Shown piece after piece: positions 31,797 to 40,445 of a stretch of 64,000 nucleotides of DNA. The position numbers and the translations under genes are program-made. Origin of the DNA: an uncultured Desulfarculus sp. (GTDB lineage: Bacteria > Desulfobacterota > Desulfarculia > Desulfarculales > Desulfarculaceae); NCBI GenBank assembly GCA_963665125.2, contig CAXXUK010000001.1, positions 3,008,001 to 3,072,000 of the forward strand, given 5' to 3'. The notes below the pieces were generated by a model. The model did not search any database. It saw only the letters and a program-made list of their open reading frames with translations, and had not been told where the DNA came from. The stretch's first letter is position 1. Every line of letters starts with the position of its first letter.

Positions 31797-32915
31797 TTAG
31801 TACCACTCAAGCATCTGGTCGGCGATTTTCATCCGCGAAATCTCGCTGGAGGTGCCCGCCACGGTCAGATACTTGGCGTCGCGGTAGCTCTCTTCGGCCG
31901 CGTTGCCCCTGGTGAATCCGGCGCCGCCCAGGATCTGCATGGCCTCGCTGGCCACCTTTTCGGCCGATTCGCAGACATAGACCTTGGCCGAGCGGGCGGT
32001 GATTGCCGCCTCGCGGTCGCCGGAGTCGGCCAGCCAGGCGCCGCGGTAGGCCAAGAGCTGGGCCGATTGCAGATAGGTGAGCATCTCGGCCAGCTTGAAG
32101 CCGACCTCCTGGTAGGCGATGATGGGCTTGCCGCCGCTCTTGTGAGCCTTGGCATAGGCCAGGGCCGCCCCGTAAGCCCGCTCCAAAACGCCCAGGGCGG
32201 CCATGGTCAGCACCTGGTCTTCCCAGGCGCGTAGCGCGCCCAGAATTTCGGCGGCGGGCAGCGGCCCGATGACCATGTCCGGGTCCACGGCGCAGTTGGC
32301 CAGTTTGACCGGGGCCACGGCCACGCCGTCAAAACCCAGCAGGTCCAAACGCGGCCCGACGCCCAGGCCCGGCGAATCGGCGGGCAGCACGCAAAACACC
32401 ACGCCTCCGGAGGCCGCGGCGGCCACGGCGATGTAGTCGGCCACCGGCGCGTTGATCACTTGGCCCTTTTCGCCGCTGATTTTCATGCCGCTGCCGTTGG
32501 TTATGGCCTCGGTGGTGAAATTGTTGCCGTCCAGGCTCATGGTGTCTTCGGTAAGAGCCACCGCGCCGATGATATTGCCGGCCTTGAGGTCGTCCAAGAG
32601 TTTGGCCTTGAGCGCGTCAGTGCCAAAGGTTTGGATCAAGCCGCCGAATACGCGGCTGCTGTACTCAAGGCCCATGAACAGCGAAGGCGACAGCTTGGCC
32701 ACCTGCTCCTGGCAGATGGTCAGGTCGTGCCGGCTCTGGCCCAGGGCCAAATAGCCGGTTCCGGCCAGGTCGGCGGCCAGGGCCTTGAGGGCCCGTCCCG
32801 AGACGTCGGACTTGAGTTCAGCCAGTTTGTCCGGGACCAGCGACTCCAGCGCGGCCTGGATCTGGGCCAACAATTGTTGTTGCGATTCTTTGAGATCGAA
32901 ATTCATGGCTTCCAT
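31797..32915 (-). CDS. Divergent acyl-CoA dehydrogenase family protein
   Basis: ALTE, G.K, QE.GFKLAEM, MQILGG.G, YRDAK. Confidence 0.85.
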   Translation of the reverse strand: MEAMNFDLKESQQQLLAQIQAALESLVPDKLAELKSDVSGRALKALAADLAGTGYLALGQSRHDLTICQEQVAKLSPSLFMGLEYSSRVFGGLIQTFGTDALKAKLLDDLKAGNIIGAVALTEDTMSLDGNNFTTEAITNGSGMKISGEKGQVINAPVADYIAVAAAASGGVVFCVLPADSPGLGVGPRLDLLGFDGVAVAPVKLANCAVDPDMVIGPLPAAEILGALRAWEDQVLTMAALGVLERAYGAALAYAKAHKSGGKPIIAYQEVGFKLAEMLTYLQSAQLLAYRGAWLADSGDREAAITARSAKVYVCESAEKVASEAMQILGGAGFTRGNAAEESYRDAKYLTVAGTSSEISRMKIADQMLEWY

Positions 32916-32951
32916 CCATGTTCGAATTAATTCTTCTTTTTTCCTCGGGCC

Positions 32952-34097
32952 CTAAATCATCTTGGAGATGATCATCTTCTGGATTTCCGAGGTGCCGCCG
33001 CCGATGGGGGCCAGCCTGTTGTCACGCATGATCCGCTCCATGCCGTATTCGTGGCAGAAGCCGTAGCCGCCGTGGATCAGCATGGCCTCGTTGGCCGGCT
33101 TGAGGCTCCAGTCGCCGATGAACAGCTTGGCCACCGCGGCCTCCAGGTGGTTCAGGGGCCGCCCCTGGTCCTTGCACCAGGCGATGCGGTAGACCAAAGC
33201 CCTGGCCGCGTCGCCGAAGATGCGGATCTCGGCCAGCTTGCGCTTGATGGCCTGGAAATTGGCGATGGGCCTGCCGAACTGGTGGCGCTGTTTGGCGTAG
33301 GCCGCGCATTTCTGGGCCATGAGCGTGGTGGCGCCCAGGAACGGGGCCAAAAGCGCGCTGCGGTCCCATTCAACCGTCTGCATGGACATCAGGAATCCCG
33401 CGCCCTCGGGGCCAACCATGGCGTCGGCGCCTACCTCGCAGTCCGCGAAGAACAGCTCCGAGGTCTGGCTGGTGCGCACGCCCATCTTTTTAAGGGGCTT
33501 GCCGGCGGTGAAGCCGGGGTTGTCCTTCTCGACGATAAAGGCCGAAACACCGGCGTGGCGGTCGCCCTCGGCGTCGGTGCGGGCGTAGACCAGGCAGACA
33601 TCGGCCACCGGGCCGTTGGTGATGAAGATCTTGGAGCCGTTGATGACCCACTTGTCGCCCTTTTTCACGGCCCGGGTCTTCATGCCCGCCACATCGGAAC
33701 CGGCGTCTGGCTCGGTGAGGCCCATGCAGCCGATCCATTCGCCCGAGGCCAGTTTGGGCACGTATTTTTGTTTTTGCTCCTTGGTGCCGTGGACAAAGAT
33801 CGTATCGGCGGCCAGGAACGTGTGGGCGCCATAGGCCAGGGTCAGGCCGCCGTCAACTCCGGCCTCGCCCAGGGCCTCGCCGGCCAGCACGGTGGTGACG
33901 ACATCTGCCCCGCTTCCGCCGTATTCCTCGGGAAAGTGAAGCCCCAACAGGCCGAACTCGCCCAGGGCCCGGAATGATTGAAAGTCAAATTCGCCTTTGA
34001 GATCGTGCTCCTCGCACCGGGGCACGATTTCCTTTTTAGCAAAGCGAATCACCTGGTCTTTGAACATCAGTTGTTCTTCGGTGAACGCAAAATCCAT
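32952..34097 (-). CDS. Acyl-CoA dehydrogenase
   Basis: LTEPDAGSD, GSKIFITNGP, RHQFGRPI..FQ, IHGGYG, IGGGTSEIQ. Confidence 0.95.
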   Translation of the reverse strand: MDFAFTEEQLMFKDQVIRFAKKEIVPRCEEHDLKGEFDFQSFRALGEFGLLGLHFPEEYGGSGADVVTTVLAGEALGEAGVDGGLTLAYGAHTFLAADTIFVHGTKEQKQKYVPKLASGEWIGCMGLTEPDAGSDVAGMKTRAVKKGDKWVINGSKIFITNGPVADVCLVYARTDAEGDRHAGVSAFIVEKDNPGFTAGKPLKKMGVRTSQTSELFFADCEVGADAMVGPEGAGFLMSMQTVEWDRSALLAPFLGATTLMAQKCAAYAKQRHQFGRPIANFQAIKRKLAEIRIFGDAARALVYRIAWCKDQGRPLNHLEAAVAKLFIGDWSLKPANEAMLIHGGYGFCHEYGMERIMRDNRLAPIGGGTSEIQKMIISKMI

Positions 34098-34139
34098 TGT
34101 GACCTCGCTGGTTACCGGTCTCAAAAAAAAGCCGCGAAC

Positions 34140-34559
34140 CTAGTCCGCGGCGGTTTCATCCTCGTTTTCGGCGGCCTCTAGCTCGGCCAACCGGTCATGC
34201 ATTTTTTGCCCCACCTCCAGTAGATCCTGGTGCATGAGTTTCATTTCCTCGATGCGGTCGACAACGTCGGCCATGATCCGCTCGCCGTAGGAGATGGCTT
34301 TGCGAATCTGCTCGGCCTCGTCCATGTCCACCGTGCCCAGACCGAGGATGTCCTCGATCTCGTCAAGGCTCATGCCGAAACGTTTGCCGCGCAGGATCAG
34401 CTTGAGGCGGGCCCTGTCCCTCTTGTTGTAGATTCGGTAGCCGCCGCCGCTGCGTTCGGGGCTCAGCAGACCCTTTTCTTCGTAAAAACGAATACTGCGG
34501 GTGCTGACGTCGAACTCCTCGGCAAGCTGGCTGATGCTCCAGGTCCTCTCCTCTGGCAT
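34140..34559 (-). CDS. liuR: MerR-family regulator, LiuR-like
   Basis: SISQLAEEFDVSTRSIRFYEEKGLL, RLKLILRGKRFG; heads the liu-type cluster and has a matching operator. Confidence 0.85.
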   Translation of the reverse strand: MPEERTWSISQLAEEFDVSTRSIRFYEEKGLLSPERSGGGYRIYNKRDRARLKLILRGKRFGMSLDEIEDILGLGTVDMDEAEQIRKAISYGERIMADVVDRIEEMKLMHQDLLEVGQKMHDRLAELEAAENEDETAAD

Positions 34560-34576
34560 GTTGTCTCCGTCTTGGT

Positions 34577-34627
34577 GTCAACGTTTACGTTTACGTAAAC
34601 GTAACAGTAGGGAAAGGCGCGCGTCAA
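34577..34627 (-). promoter_or_regulatory. LiuR operator overlapping a sigma70 promoter
   Basis: GTTTACGT-TT-ACGTAAAC at 34583-34600 within tandem ACGT hexamer repeats; minus-strand TTGACG-N18-TACGTT. Confidence 0.8.
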
Positions 34628-34729
34628 GGGGAATTTATGCCGTTCAGGGTAGGAAACGACGTTTATTGATTTTGCGTTTATATACGGGAAGTTGAATATG
34701 GAATTGGCGCCTGGGGGGCGGATCGGACG

Positions 34730-34762
34730 GGGCGGCGCGCTGTTTTTCAGCAGCGCGCCGCC
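34730..34762 (-). terminator. Hairpin downstream of pgk
   Basis: GGGCGGCGCGCTG...CAGCGCGCCGCCC inverted repeat; no clear U-tract. Confidence 0.5.
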
Positions 34763-34772
34763 CAAGCCAAGC

Positions 34773-36083
34773 TTATTTGTTTTTAAACTGTTTAGCGTTT
34801 TCCATGAGCGCGGCCACCGGGGCCAGGCCATAGGGCGAACGCTCCTCGATGGCCTTGAGGACACTGCCGCCGCCGGTGAAGAAATAGTAATCCGCGTCGT
34901 CCAACACCGACAGGTACAGGCCGGGGCACAGGTCCTTGAACTCCTGGAGGGTGTCGCCGCCGCCGTAGAGCTTGATGGCCTGGCGGTTGGCGTCGATGGT
35001 GGTGTCCAGGGCCTGGCTTCCGGCGGTGAAGTGGGGCGTAAAGCCCATCACCGCGTTGACGAAGATGGTCTTGGCTCCGTGCAGGGCCTCGGCCACCTGG
35101 GGCGTTTGAAAAGACGTGGGCTCTATATCCAGGACATAGCCCATTTCCCGGCCCGGCTTCAGGTCGGCCACCGACACGGTGCGGTACTTGCCCTCTTCCC
35201 GGCCCAGGACATCGCTTTCGACGATCAGGGGCAGTTCCACGACCTTGCCCGCGTCCTTGTCTTTTTGCACCAGTTCCGTGGCCGCGGCGACGTCTTCGTC
35301 GGCCACGCCCTTGATGCGCACGCCGTATTTGGCGCAGAGATACGTGTTGTAGATCACCCCACCCAGGATCAGCTTGTCCACCTGCTCGTACAGGGCGTTG
35401 ATGGGCCCGATCTTGGTGTCGTACTTGGCCCCGGCCACCACAGCCAGGAAGGGCCGCTGGGGCTCCAACACGCTGGCAAGGTGCTGGATCTCGGCCTGAA
35501 GCAGCCAGCCCGCGTAAGACGGCAGATGTTTGGTGACATCCACCGTGCTGGCGTGGGCCTGCCAGGAGCCGAAGGCGTCGTTGACATAGATGTCTGCCAG
35601 GCCGGCCAGTTGCAGGGCCAGACTTTCGCGCATCTCGCCCTTTTGCTCCTCGCCCGCGAACCAGCGGGTGTTGGGCAAATAGATGCCGGCCGCCTCGCCG
35701 GAGCGCAGCTTTTTGATGGCCAGGTTGATGCTGGTGTCAATGGCCTGGATGCCCGTGCCGTCGGCCGGGAAGCTGGGCGTCAGGAAGCGGCTGTGCAGCT
35801 TGCTCTCCAGGTAATCGACAATGGGCTCGATGGAGCTGTCCTGGCTGACTTCGATTTCGCCGGTCTTTTTGTTGCGGGGCCGGCCCACGTGGGTCATCAG
35901 GATGGGGCGGCCGCCGCGCACCACGATGTCGAACAGCGTACCCAGGGTGCGGTCGATGCGGAACGGGTCGCGGATCACACCCTTTTTGACCACGTTGTGG
36001 TCAAAGCGGACCAACACTACCTTGCCGTTTAGATCGGCATCCTGCAACAGGGGCAGATCAGGGTGCAGGCCTTTACCGGCCAT
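34773..36083 (-). CDS. pgk: Phosphoglycerate kinase (divergent)
   Basis: VRFDHNV, THVGRP, NDAFG, GAK, GGGDT, TGGG. Confidence 0.85.
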   Translation of the reverse strand: MAGKGLHPDLPLLQDADLNGKVVLVRFDHNVVKKGVIRDPFRIDRTLGTLFDIVVRGGRPILMTHVGRPRNKKTGEIEVSQDSSIEPIVDYLESKLHSRFLTPSFPADGTGIQAIDTSINLAIKKLRSGEAAGIYLPNTRWFAGEEQKGEMRESLALQLAGLADIYVNDAFGSWQAHASTVDVTKHLPSYAGWLLQAEIQHLASVLEPQRPFLAVVAGAKYDTKIGPINALYEQVDKLILGGVIYNTYLCAKYGVRIKGVADEDVAAATELVQKDKDAGKVVELPLIVESDVLGREEGKYRTVSVADLKPGREMGYVLDIEPTSFQTPQVAEALHGAKTIFVNAVMGFTPHFTAGSQALDTTIDANRQAIKLYGGGDTLQEFKDLCPGLYLSVLDDADYYFFTGGGSVLKAIEERSPYGLAPVAALMENAKQFKNK

Positions 36084-36199
36084 GGCTATCCTCCAAGTTT
36101 GCGGTATGACTTACAGGACATTGTAGCAAGGTAATTTGACCTTTGGGTGACTAATAGGAGGCTGAATGCCTGGGCTTATGATTTCCTGCGCCGTGGCCC

Positions 36200-36346
36200 T
36201 ACGATTACTTGCACCTCGGCCCGTCCCTGGGCCAAGGTGCGGCGCTTCGGGCGGAGCAAGTCCGACCCGAAGCTTACGGCGCATGGCTTCGCGCTGCGCC
36301 GGGTCGGCCATCCATGGCCGACAATTCATAAAGCCACAGTGTTGCT
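36200..36346. repeat. Structured dispersed repeat, module R1, copy C
   Basis: Aligns to copies A and B with compensatory stem changes. Confidence 0.9.
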
Positions 36347-36360
36347 ATTTTGGGGTGCAT

Positions 36361-36429
36361 GGTCGGGGCCACAAGTGTTTGTTGGGGCATTGAGCACTGC
36401 CCCCGCTGTGGGAGCCCAAACATTGGGCC
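36361..36429. repeat. Dispersed repeat module R2, copy C
   Basis: GGTCGGGGCCAC...TTGGGGCA.TGAG...TGGGAGCCCAAACATTGGGCC. Confidence 0.75.
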
Positions 36430-36540
36430 ACCCGGCAATTCCCATATTCTTCTAGTTTTTAATCGGATTTTTCCGCCCCGCCTATCTTATAATATAAGCA
36501 TACGGATAACCCCCAAAAATCCCGCGAGAGGAGGAGGAGT

Positions 36541-36996
36541 ATGTTTATCAAGGAAATTGACCTTTTCCAGGGCCTGAGTCCCGGATTCATGAATGATTTG
36601 GCCGAGCTGTCACGCGAAGTTGAATACGGCCCCAACACGTTGCTCATTGAGCGGGGCAAACCCGCCGAGGTGCTTTACATCCTGGTGCAAGGCAGGATTT
36701 CCCTGTTCCTGGAGGGCGGCGGCTCCATCCACTACACCCTGGACACGCCGGGTCAGATCTTCGGCTGGTCGGCCATTGTCGAACCACATCTCTACACGGC
36801 ATCGGCCGTGACTTCTTCGACGGTGAAAGTCCTTGAACTGGACAGCGCGCGCATGCAACGAACCCTGGAGCGTTACCCTGCCGAAGCCTACCTTGTAATG
36901 AAAAGACTGGCCGGAGTTATCAGCCAGCGGCTGCAAAGCAGCTATGCCGAAGCGCTTCACTCCCGCTCGGCGGTCCCAATCCCATCCTACGGATAG
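36541..36996 (+). CDS. Cyclic-nucleotide-binding (Crp/Fnr N-terminal) domain protein
   Basis: LFQGL, LYILVQG, PGQIFGWSA, YTASA. Confidence 0.88.
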   Translation: MFIKEIDLFQGLSPGFMNDLAELSREVEYGPNTLLIERGKPAEVLYILVQGRISLFLEGGGSIHYTLDTPGQIFGWSAIVEPHLYTASAVTSSTVKVLELDSARMQRTLERYPAEAYLVMKRLAGVISQRLQSSYAEALHSRSAVPIPSYG

Positions 36997-37072
36997 CGGC
37001 GATCCCATACTGCATCGGCGGTTGTGTGAAAAGGGGGCGGATGTGCCCCCTTGCGGATTTTCGGCCTTCAGA

Positions 37073-38116
37073 TCAATAAACCACCGTAATGGTGCCCGGA
37101 TTATCAGCCACGGCCCGGCCTATCACGGCGGCCATGTCTCCGGCAGCGGTCAGCATTTCCACGGCTTTGTCCACCATGTCCGGGTCCAGGCCCATGAGCA
37201 TGCCGCCCGAGGTCTGGGCGTCGGCCAGCAGGTCGGCCACGATGATGTCCTTTTCGCCCTGGTGCGCAACGGCCCGGCCGCAGAACGCCGCGTTGGCGTG
37301 GCTGCCCACGGGCACCAGGCCCATGGAGGCCATGTCCCGGGCATCGGGCAGGATGGGCACGTCGGCGGCCATTATCTCCAGGCCCACGCGCGAGGCCCTG
37401 GCCAGTTCCAGGCCGTGGCCCAGCAGGCCGAAGCCGGTGATGTCCGTGCCGCCGCTCACGCCACAGGCCTCCATGACCTCTCCGGCGGTCTTGTTGAGCC
37501 GGGTCATCCAGCCCACCGCCCGCTGGACGGCCTCTTCGGAGGCCAGGCCCGCCTTGAGGGCCGTGGCGATCACGCCGGTGCCCAGAGGTTTGGTCAGGAC
37601 CAACACCTGGCCCGGCTTGAGTCCGGCGTTGGTCACCAGCTTGTCCGGGTGGACCACGCCGGTCACCGACAGGCCGTATTTCAGGTCCTCGTCTTCCACC
37701 GAATGACCGCCGGCCATCACCGCCCCGGCCTGGTGGATCATCTCCAGGCCGCCGGCCAGGACCTGGCGCAACGTGGCGTGGGGCAGGGTCTTCACCGGAA
37801 AGCAGCAGATGTTCATGGCCGTGATGGGCCTGCCGCCCATGGCGTAGACATCGCTCAAAGCGTTCGTGGCGGCAATCTTGCCGAACAGATATGGATCGTT
37901 GACGATAGGCGTAAAGAAATCAAGGGTTTGGATCAGGGCCAGATCATCGCTGATTTTGAACACACCGGCATCGTCGGCCGTACCGGCCCCTACCAACAGG
38001 CGCGGGTCGGTCTCCTCCGGAAGGCCCTCCAATATTGCGGCCAGGTCGCCCGGACCTATCTTGGCCGCTCAACCGGCGGCTCTGGCTTTTTCGGCCAATT
38101 TGTATTCTTCGGCCAT
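37073..38116 (-). CDS. selD: Selenide, water dikinase with in-frame UGA (selenocysteine) at codon 16
   Basis: MAEEYKLAEKARAAG-U-AAKIGP is in frame with the SelD body (DDAGV, TLDFFTP, NALSDVYAMGG, GGHS, DAQTSGG); TGA at 38069-38071. Confidence 0.93.
38037..38068 (-). promoter_or_regulatory. Putative bacterial SECIS hairpin
   Basis: Immediately 3' of UGA: GCGGCCA-agata-GGUC-cgggc-GACC-UGGCCGC. Confidence 0.7.
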
Positions 38117-38131
38117 CGCTCTTTCCTTGAT

Positions 38132-38602
38132 TCAGCGGCGCAGGGTGGCCCGCAGGCGGCTGGGGTTGAGCAACAGACCCAGGGCCTCCAGCGGACCGGT
38201 GACGGCTATGTCCGCCGCGGTCAGGGCGGCCACGGCCGCGCCCTCGCCGCTGATTACGCATATGCCCAGGCCTGCCTCGGCCAGCATCAGCGCGTCGTTG
38301 GCGCCGTTGCCCAAAGCAACGACCTTTTCCGCGCCCAATTCCTGGACGATCTTCAGTTTTTGCTCGGCCTCGCCGCCTTTTTGGATGATCTGCAGACGCA
38401 CCGTCTCGCCGAACAGCGAACCGGCTGTTCCATAGGTGTCGGCGGTGATCAAGTGGCAGGTCAGGGTGGAGGCCAGTTCGGCCACGGCCCGGGCCACGCC
38501 GGGCATGAGTTGGCCGTCAAAGGCCACGGTGCCGTTGAGGTCCAGCACCAGATGCTCCAGGCTCAGGCCTGGCCGGCCGGGGATGTCCACATTCAGGGCC
38601 AT
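38132..38602 (-). CDS. HAD-family hydrolase (soluble P-type ATPase-like)
   Basis: LDLNGT, TADT, GNGANDALM. Confidence 0.85.
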   Translation of the reverse strand: MALNVDIPGRPGLSLEHLVLDLNGTVAFDGQLMPGVARAVAELASTLTCHLITADTYGTAGSLFGETVRLQIIQKGGEAEQKLKIVQELGAEKVVALGNGANDALMLAEAGLGICVISGEGAAVAALTAADIAVTGPLEALGLLLNPSRLRATLRR

Positions 38603-38612
38603 TTCGCAGTAC

Positions 38613-39506
38613 CTAGCTGGGCAGTTGCTGCTTGAGCAGCTTTACAAAGGCCTCTGCCGCCGGCGAATGGCTGCGCCGTTTGCGCAGGACCAGATAAAAT
38701 TTTCGGCTCAAATCCAGGCCGTCGATGTCCACGGTGGCCACCTTGCCCGACTCCAGATCGTCGGCCAGGGCCAAACGGCTGAGGATGCCCACGCCGACCT
38801 TTGCCCTCACGGCCTGCAACACGGCCATGGTCGAGCCCATCTGGGCGGCCACATTGAGGTCTTCCAGGCTCAGACCGGCCTGGCGCAGGGCCAGCCCCAG
38901 GCTGATGCGCGTGCCGCTGCCCACCTCGCGCAGGACCAGCGGCCACTCGGCAAGCTCCGCCAGCGCGGCCTTTTTTCCGGCAAGGGGATGGCCAGGCCAC
39001 ACCGCCAGGGCCATTTCGTCTTCCCAAAGCGGCTCAAAGCTCAACCGTTCTTCATCCAAAGTGGCGCCGACCACGGCCATCTCGATCTCGCCTTCGAGCA
39101 CCTTTTCCGCCATCTGGCCCGTGTCGCCAACGGTCAGGGTGATGCGCACATCGGGGTGTTCCTGGCGAAACGCGCCGATGTAGGAAGGCAAAATGTACTG
39201 GCCCGGAATGGTCGAACCACCCACCAGCAGGTCGCCGCTGAGCCTGCCCAGATAGGCGTCAACCGCCCGGCGGGCGTCTTCAACCATGGCCAGGATGTTG
39301 TGGGCGTAGCCGTAGAGCAGTTCGGCGGCCCTGGTGGGCAGAATCTCCCGGCCCAGACGGTCGAAAAGCACCACGCCCAAGTCCTCTTCCAGGGTCTTGA
39401 TGTGACCGCTCACCGTCGGCTGACTAAGCAGAACTTCCTCTGCCGCCCGGGAAAAGGAACGTCTTTCGTAAACCTTTGCAAAAACCTGGAGCCGTCGTAG
39501 ATCCAT
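38613..39506 (-). CDS. LysR-family regulator (selenium-metabolism-associated/CysL-like)
   Basis: SFSRAAE...SQPTVS HTH, STIPG.Y, RE.GSGTR; upstream of selD. Confidence 0.9.
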   Translation of the reverse strand: MDLRRLQVFAKVYERRSFSRAAEEVLLSQPTVSGHIKTLEEDLGVVLFDRLGREILPTRAAELLYGYAHNILAMVEDARRAVDAYLGRLSGDLLVGGSTIPGQYILPSYIGAFRQEHPDVRITLTVGDTGQMAEKVLEGEIEMAVVGATLDEERLSFEPLWEDEMALAVWPGHPLAGKKAALAELAEWPLVLREVGSGTRISLGLALRQAGLSLEDLNVAAQMGSTMAVLQAVRAKVGVGILSRLALADDLESGKVATVDIDGLDLSRKFYLVLRKRRSHSPAAEAFVKLLKQQLPS

Positions 39507-39577
39507 ATTCGAACCTATTGATATTTCCGTTTAGTAGTTATCGGCCTTATCAAGAATACCAACATCAAGACCACGGG

Positions 39578-40303
39578 TCAAGACTTGGCATCGGCGGCGG
39601 CCTGTTCCAGGTCGGCGATCACGGCGGCCAGGGCCCGGGCCTCCTCTTCCAGGATGCGGCGCCCCTTTTCGGCCGAGGCCTTGGAGGGGTCGCCCCAGAC
39701 ACCGCCGGGCCAGTGGGCCACCTTGTCCCGGATCAGCCTGAAGCGGGGAATGGTGGGATATTCCTCCGGCGCCGTGCCCTTGACCAACCCCGGCCACAGA
39801 TGCATGGCCAGGGAGGTCTCGACCTCTCCGGCGTGGCTGTCGCCACCGCACTCCAGGAACGATTTGGCCTCGCCAAGCAGGTCCAGAACGCAGACTACCG
39901 CCACCTCCAATCCGGTGGTCTCCAACAGGGCCTCGCCAGCCTCCACCAGGGCGCTCTGGTGGGTTCCGCCGGCGTGTCCGGTGAGCAGGCAGAGGCAGTC
40001 AACACCTTGACTATAAATTGCCGCTCCGATATCGTGTAACATACATCTGAGTGTGTCACCAGAAACGCCCAAGGTTCCCGGATGGTTGGCGGTGCTACGG
40101 CAAATACCGTAATACAGGGGTGGTAATACGAAACAGGGTCGGATGGCGGAAGTGGCCAGGGCCAGTTCCTGGGCATGCATGGCGTCGAGCCCCAAGGGTA
40201 AATGCGGGCCATGCTGTTCCACAACGCCGATAGGCAGTATTGCAGAGCGAATATCTTCACGGCGGGCGTCAAACTCAGGCATGGTCATTTCGTGCAGCAG
40301 CAT
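39578..40303 (-). CDS. Creatininase family amidohydrolase
   Basis: EQHGPHLP.G.D, GHAG, HAGEVETS, GDP..AS.EKG. Confidence 0.9.
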   Translation of the reverse strand: MLLHEMTMPEFDARREDIRSAILPIGVVEQHGPHLPLGLDAMHAQELALATSAIRPCFVLPPLYYGICRSTANHPGTLGVSGDTLRCMLHDIGAAIYSQGVDCLCLLTGHAGGTHQSALVEAGEALLETTGLEVAVVCVLDLLGEAKSFLECGGDSHAGEVETSLAMHLWPGLVKGTAPEEYPTIPRFRLIRDKVAHWPGGVWGDPSKASAEKGRRILEEEARALAAVIADLEQAAADAKS

Positions 40304-40445
40304 ATTTCACCTCCAAAACAAGGCCTCACCATGGGCCCGCTCAACCATTATGCCTTTTTCAGGCGGCCAAACACCGGGCCCCATCGTATTCTCGGCCGCG
40401 AAGGCTGTCAAACAGCCTCTTTGCATCGGCAGGAAAGATAGTTAA

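Noticed and set aside
30143..31915. Long antisense ORFs (also 14463-16019, 34692-36032, 36944-38635, 47546-49072, 56035-57267)
   Set aside because: Shadow frames of well-supported genes in high-GC DNA with no recognisable motifs
36111..36329. Similar short ORFs (MNCRP...DPAQREAMRR) across R1 copies
   Set aside because: Copy A has a 1-nt indel, and substitutions follow base-pairing rather than codon positions
36350..36577. Small zinc-ribbon-like ORFs (CPRCGS, CPRYGS) read through R2 copies
   Set aside because: The frame is not preserved (92/91-bp period) and the second Cys is not conserved; these are likely by-products of the repeat
38032..38116. selD pseudogene or premature stop
   Set aside because: The TGA sits at the catalytic Cys/Sec position with an adjacent SECIS-like hairpin
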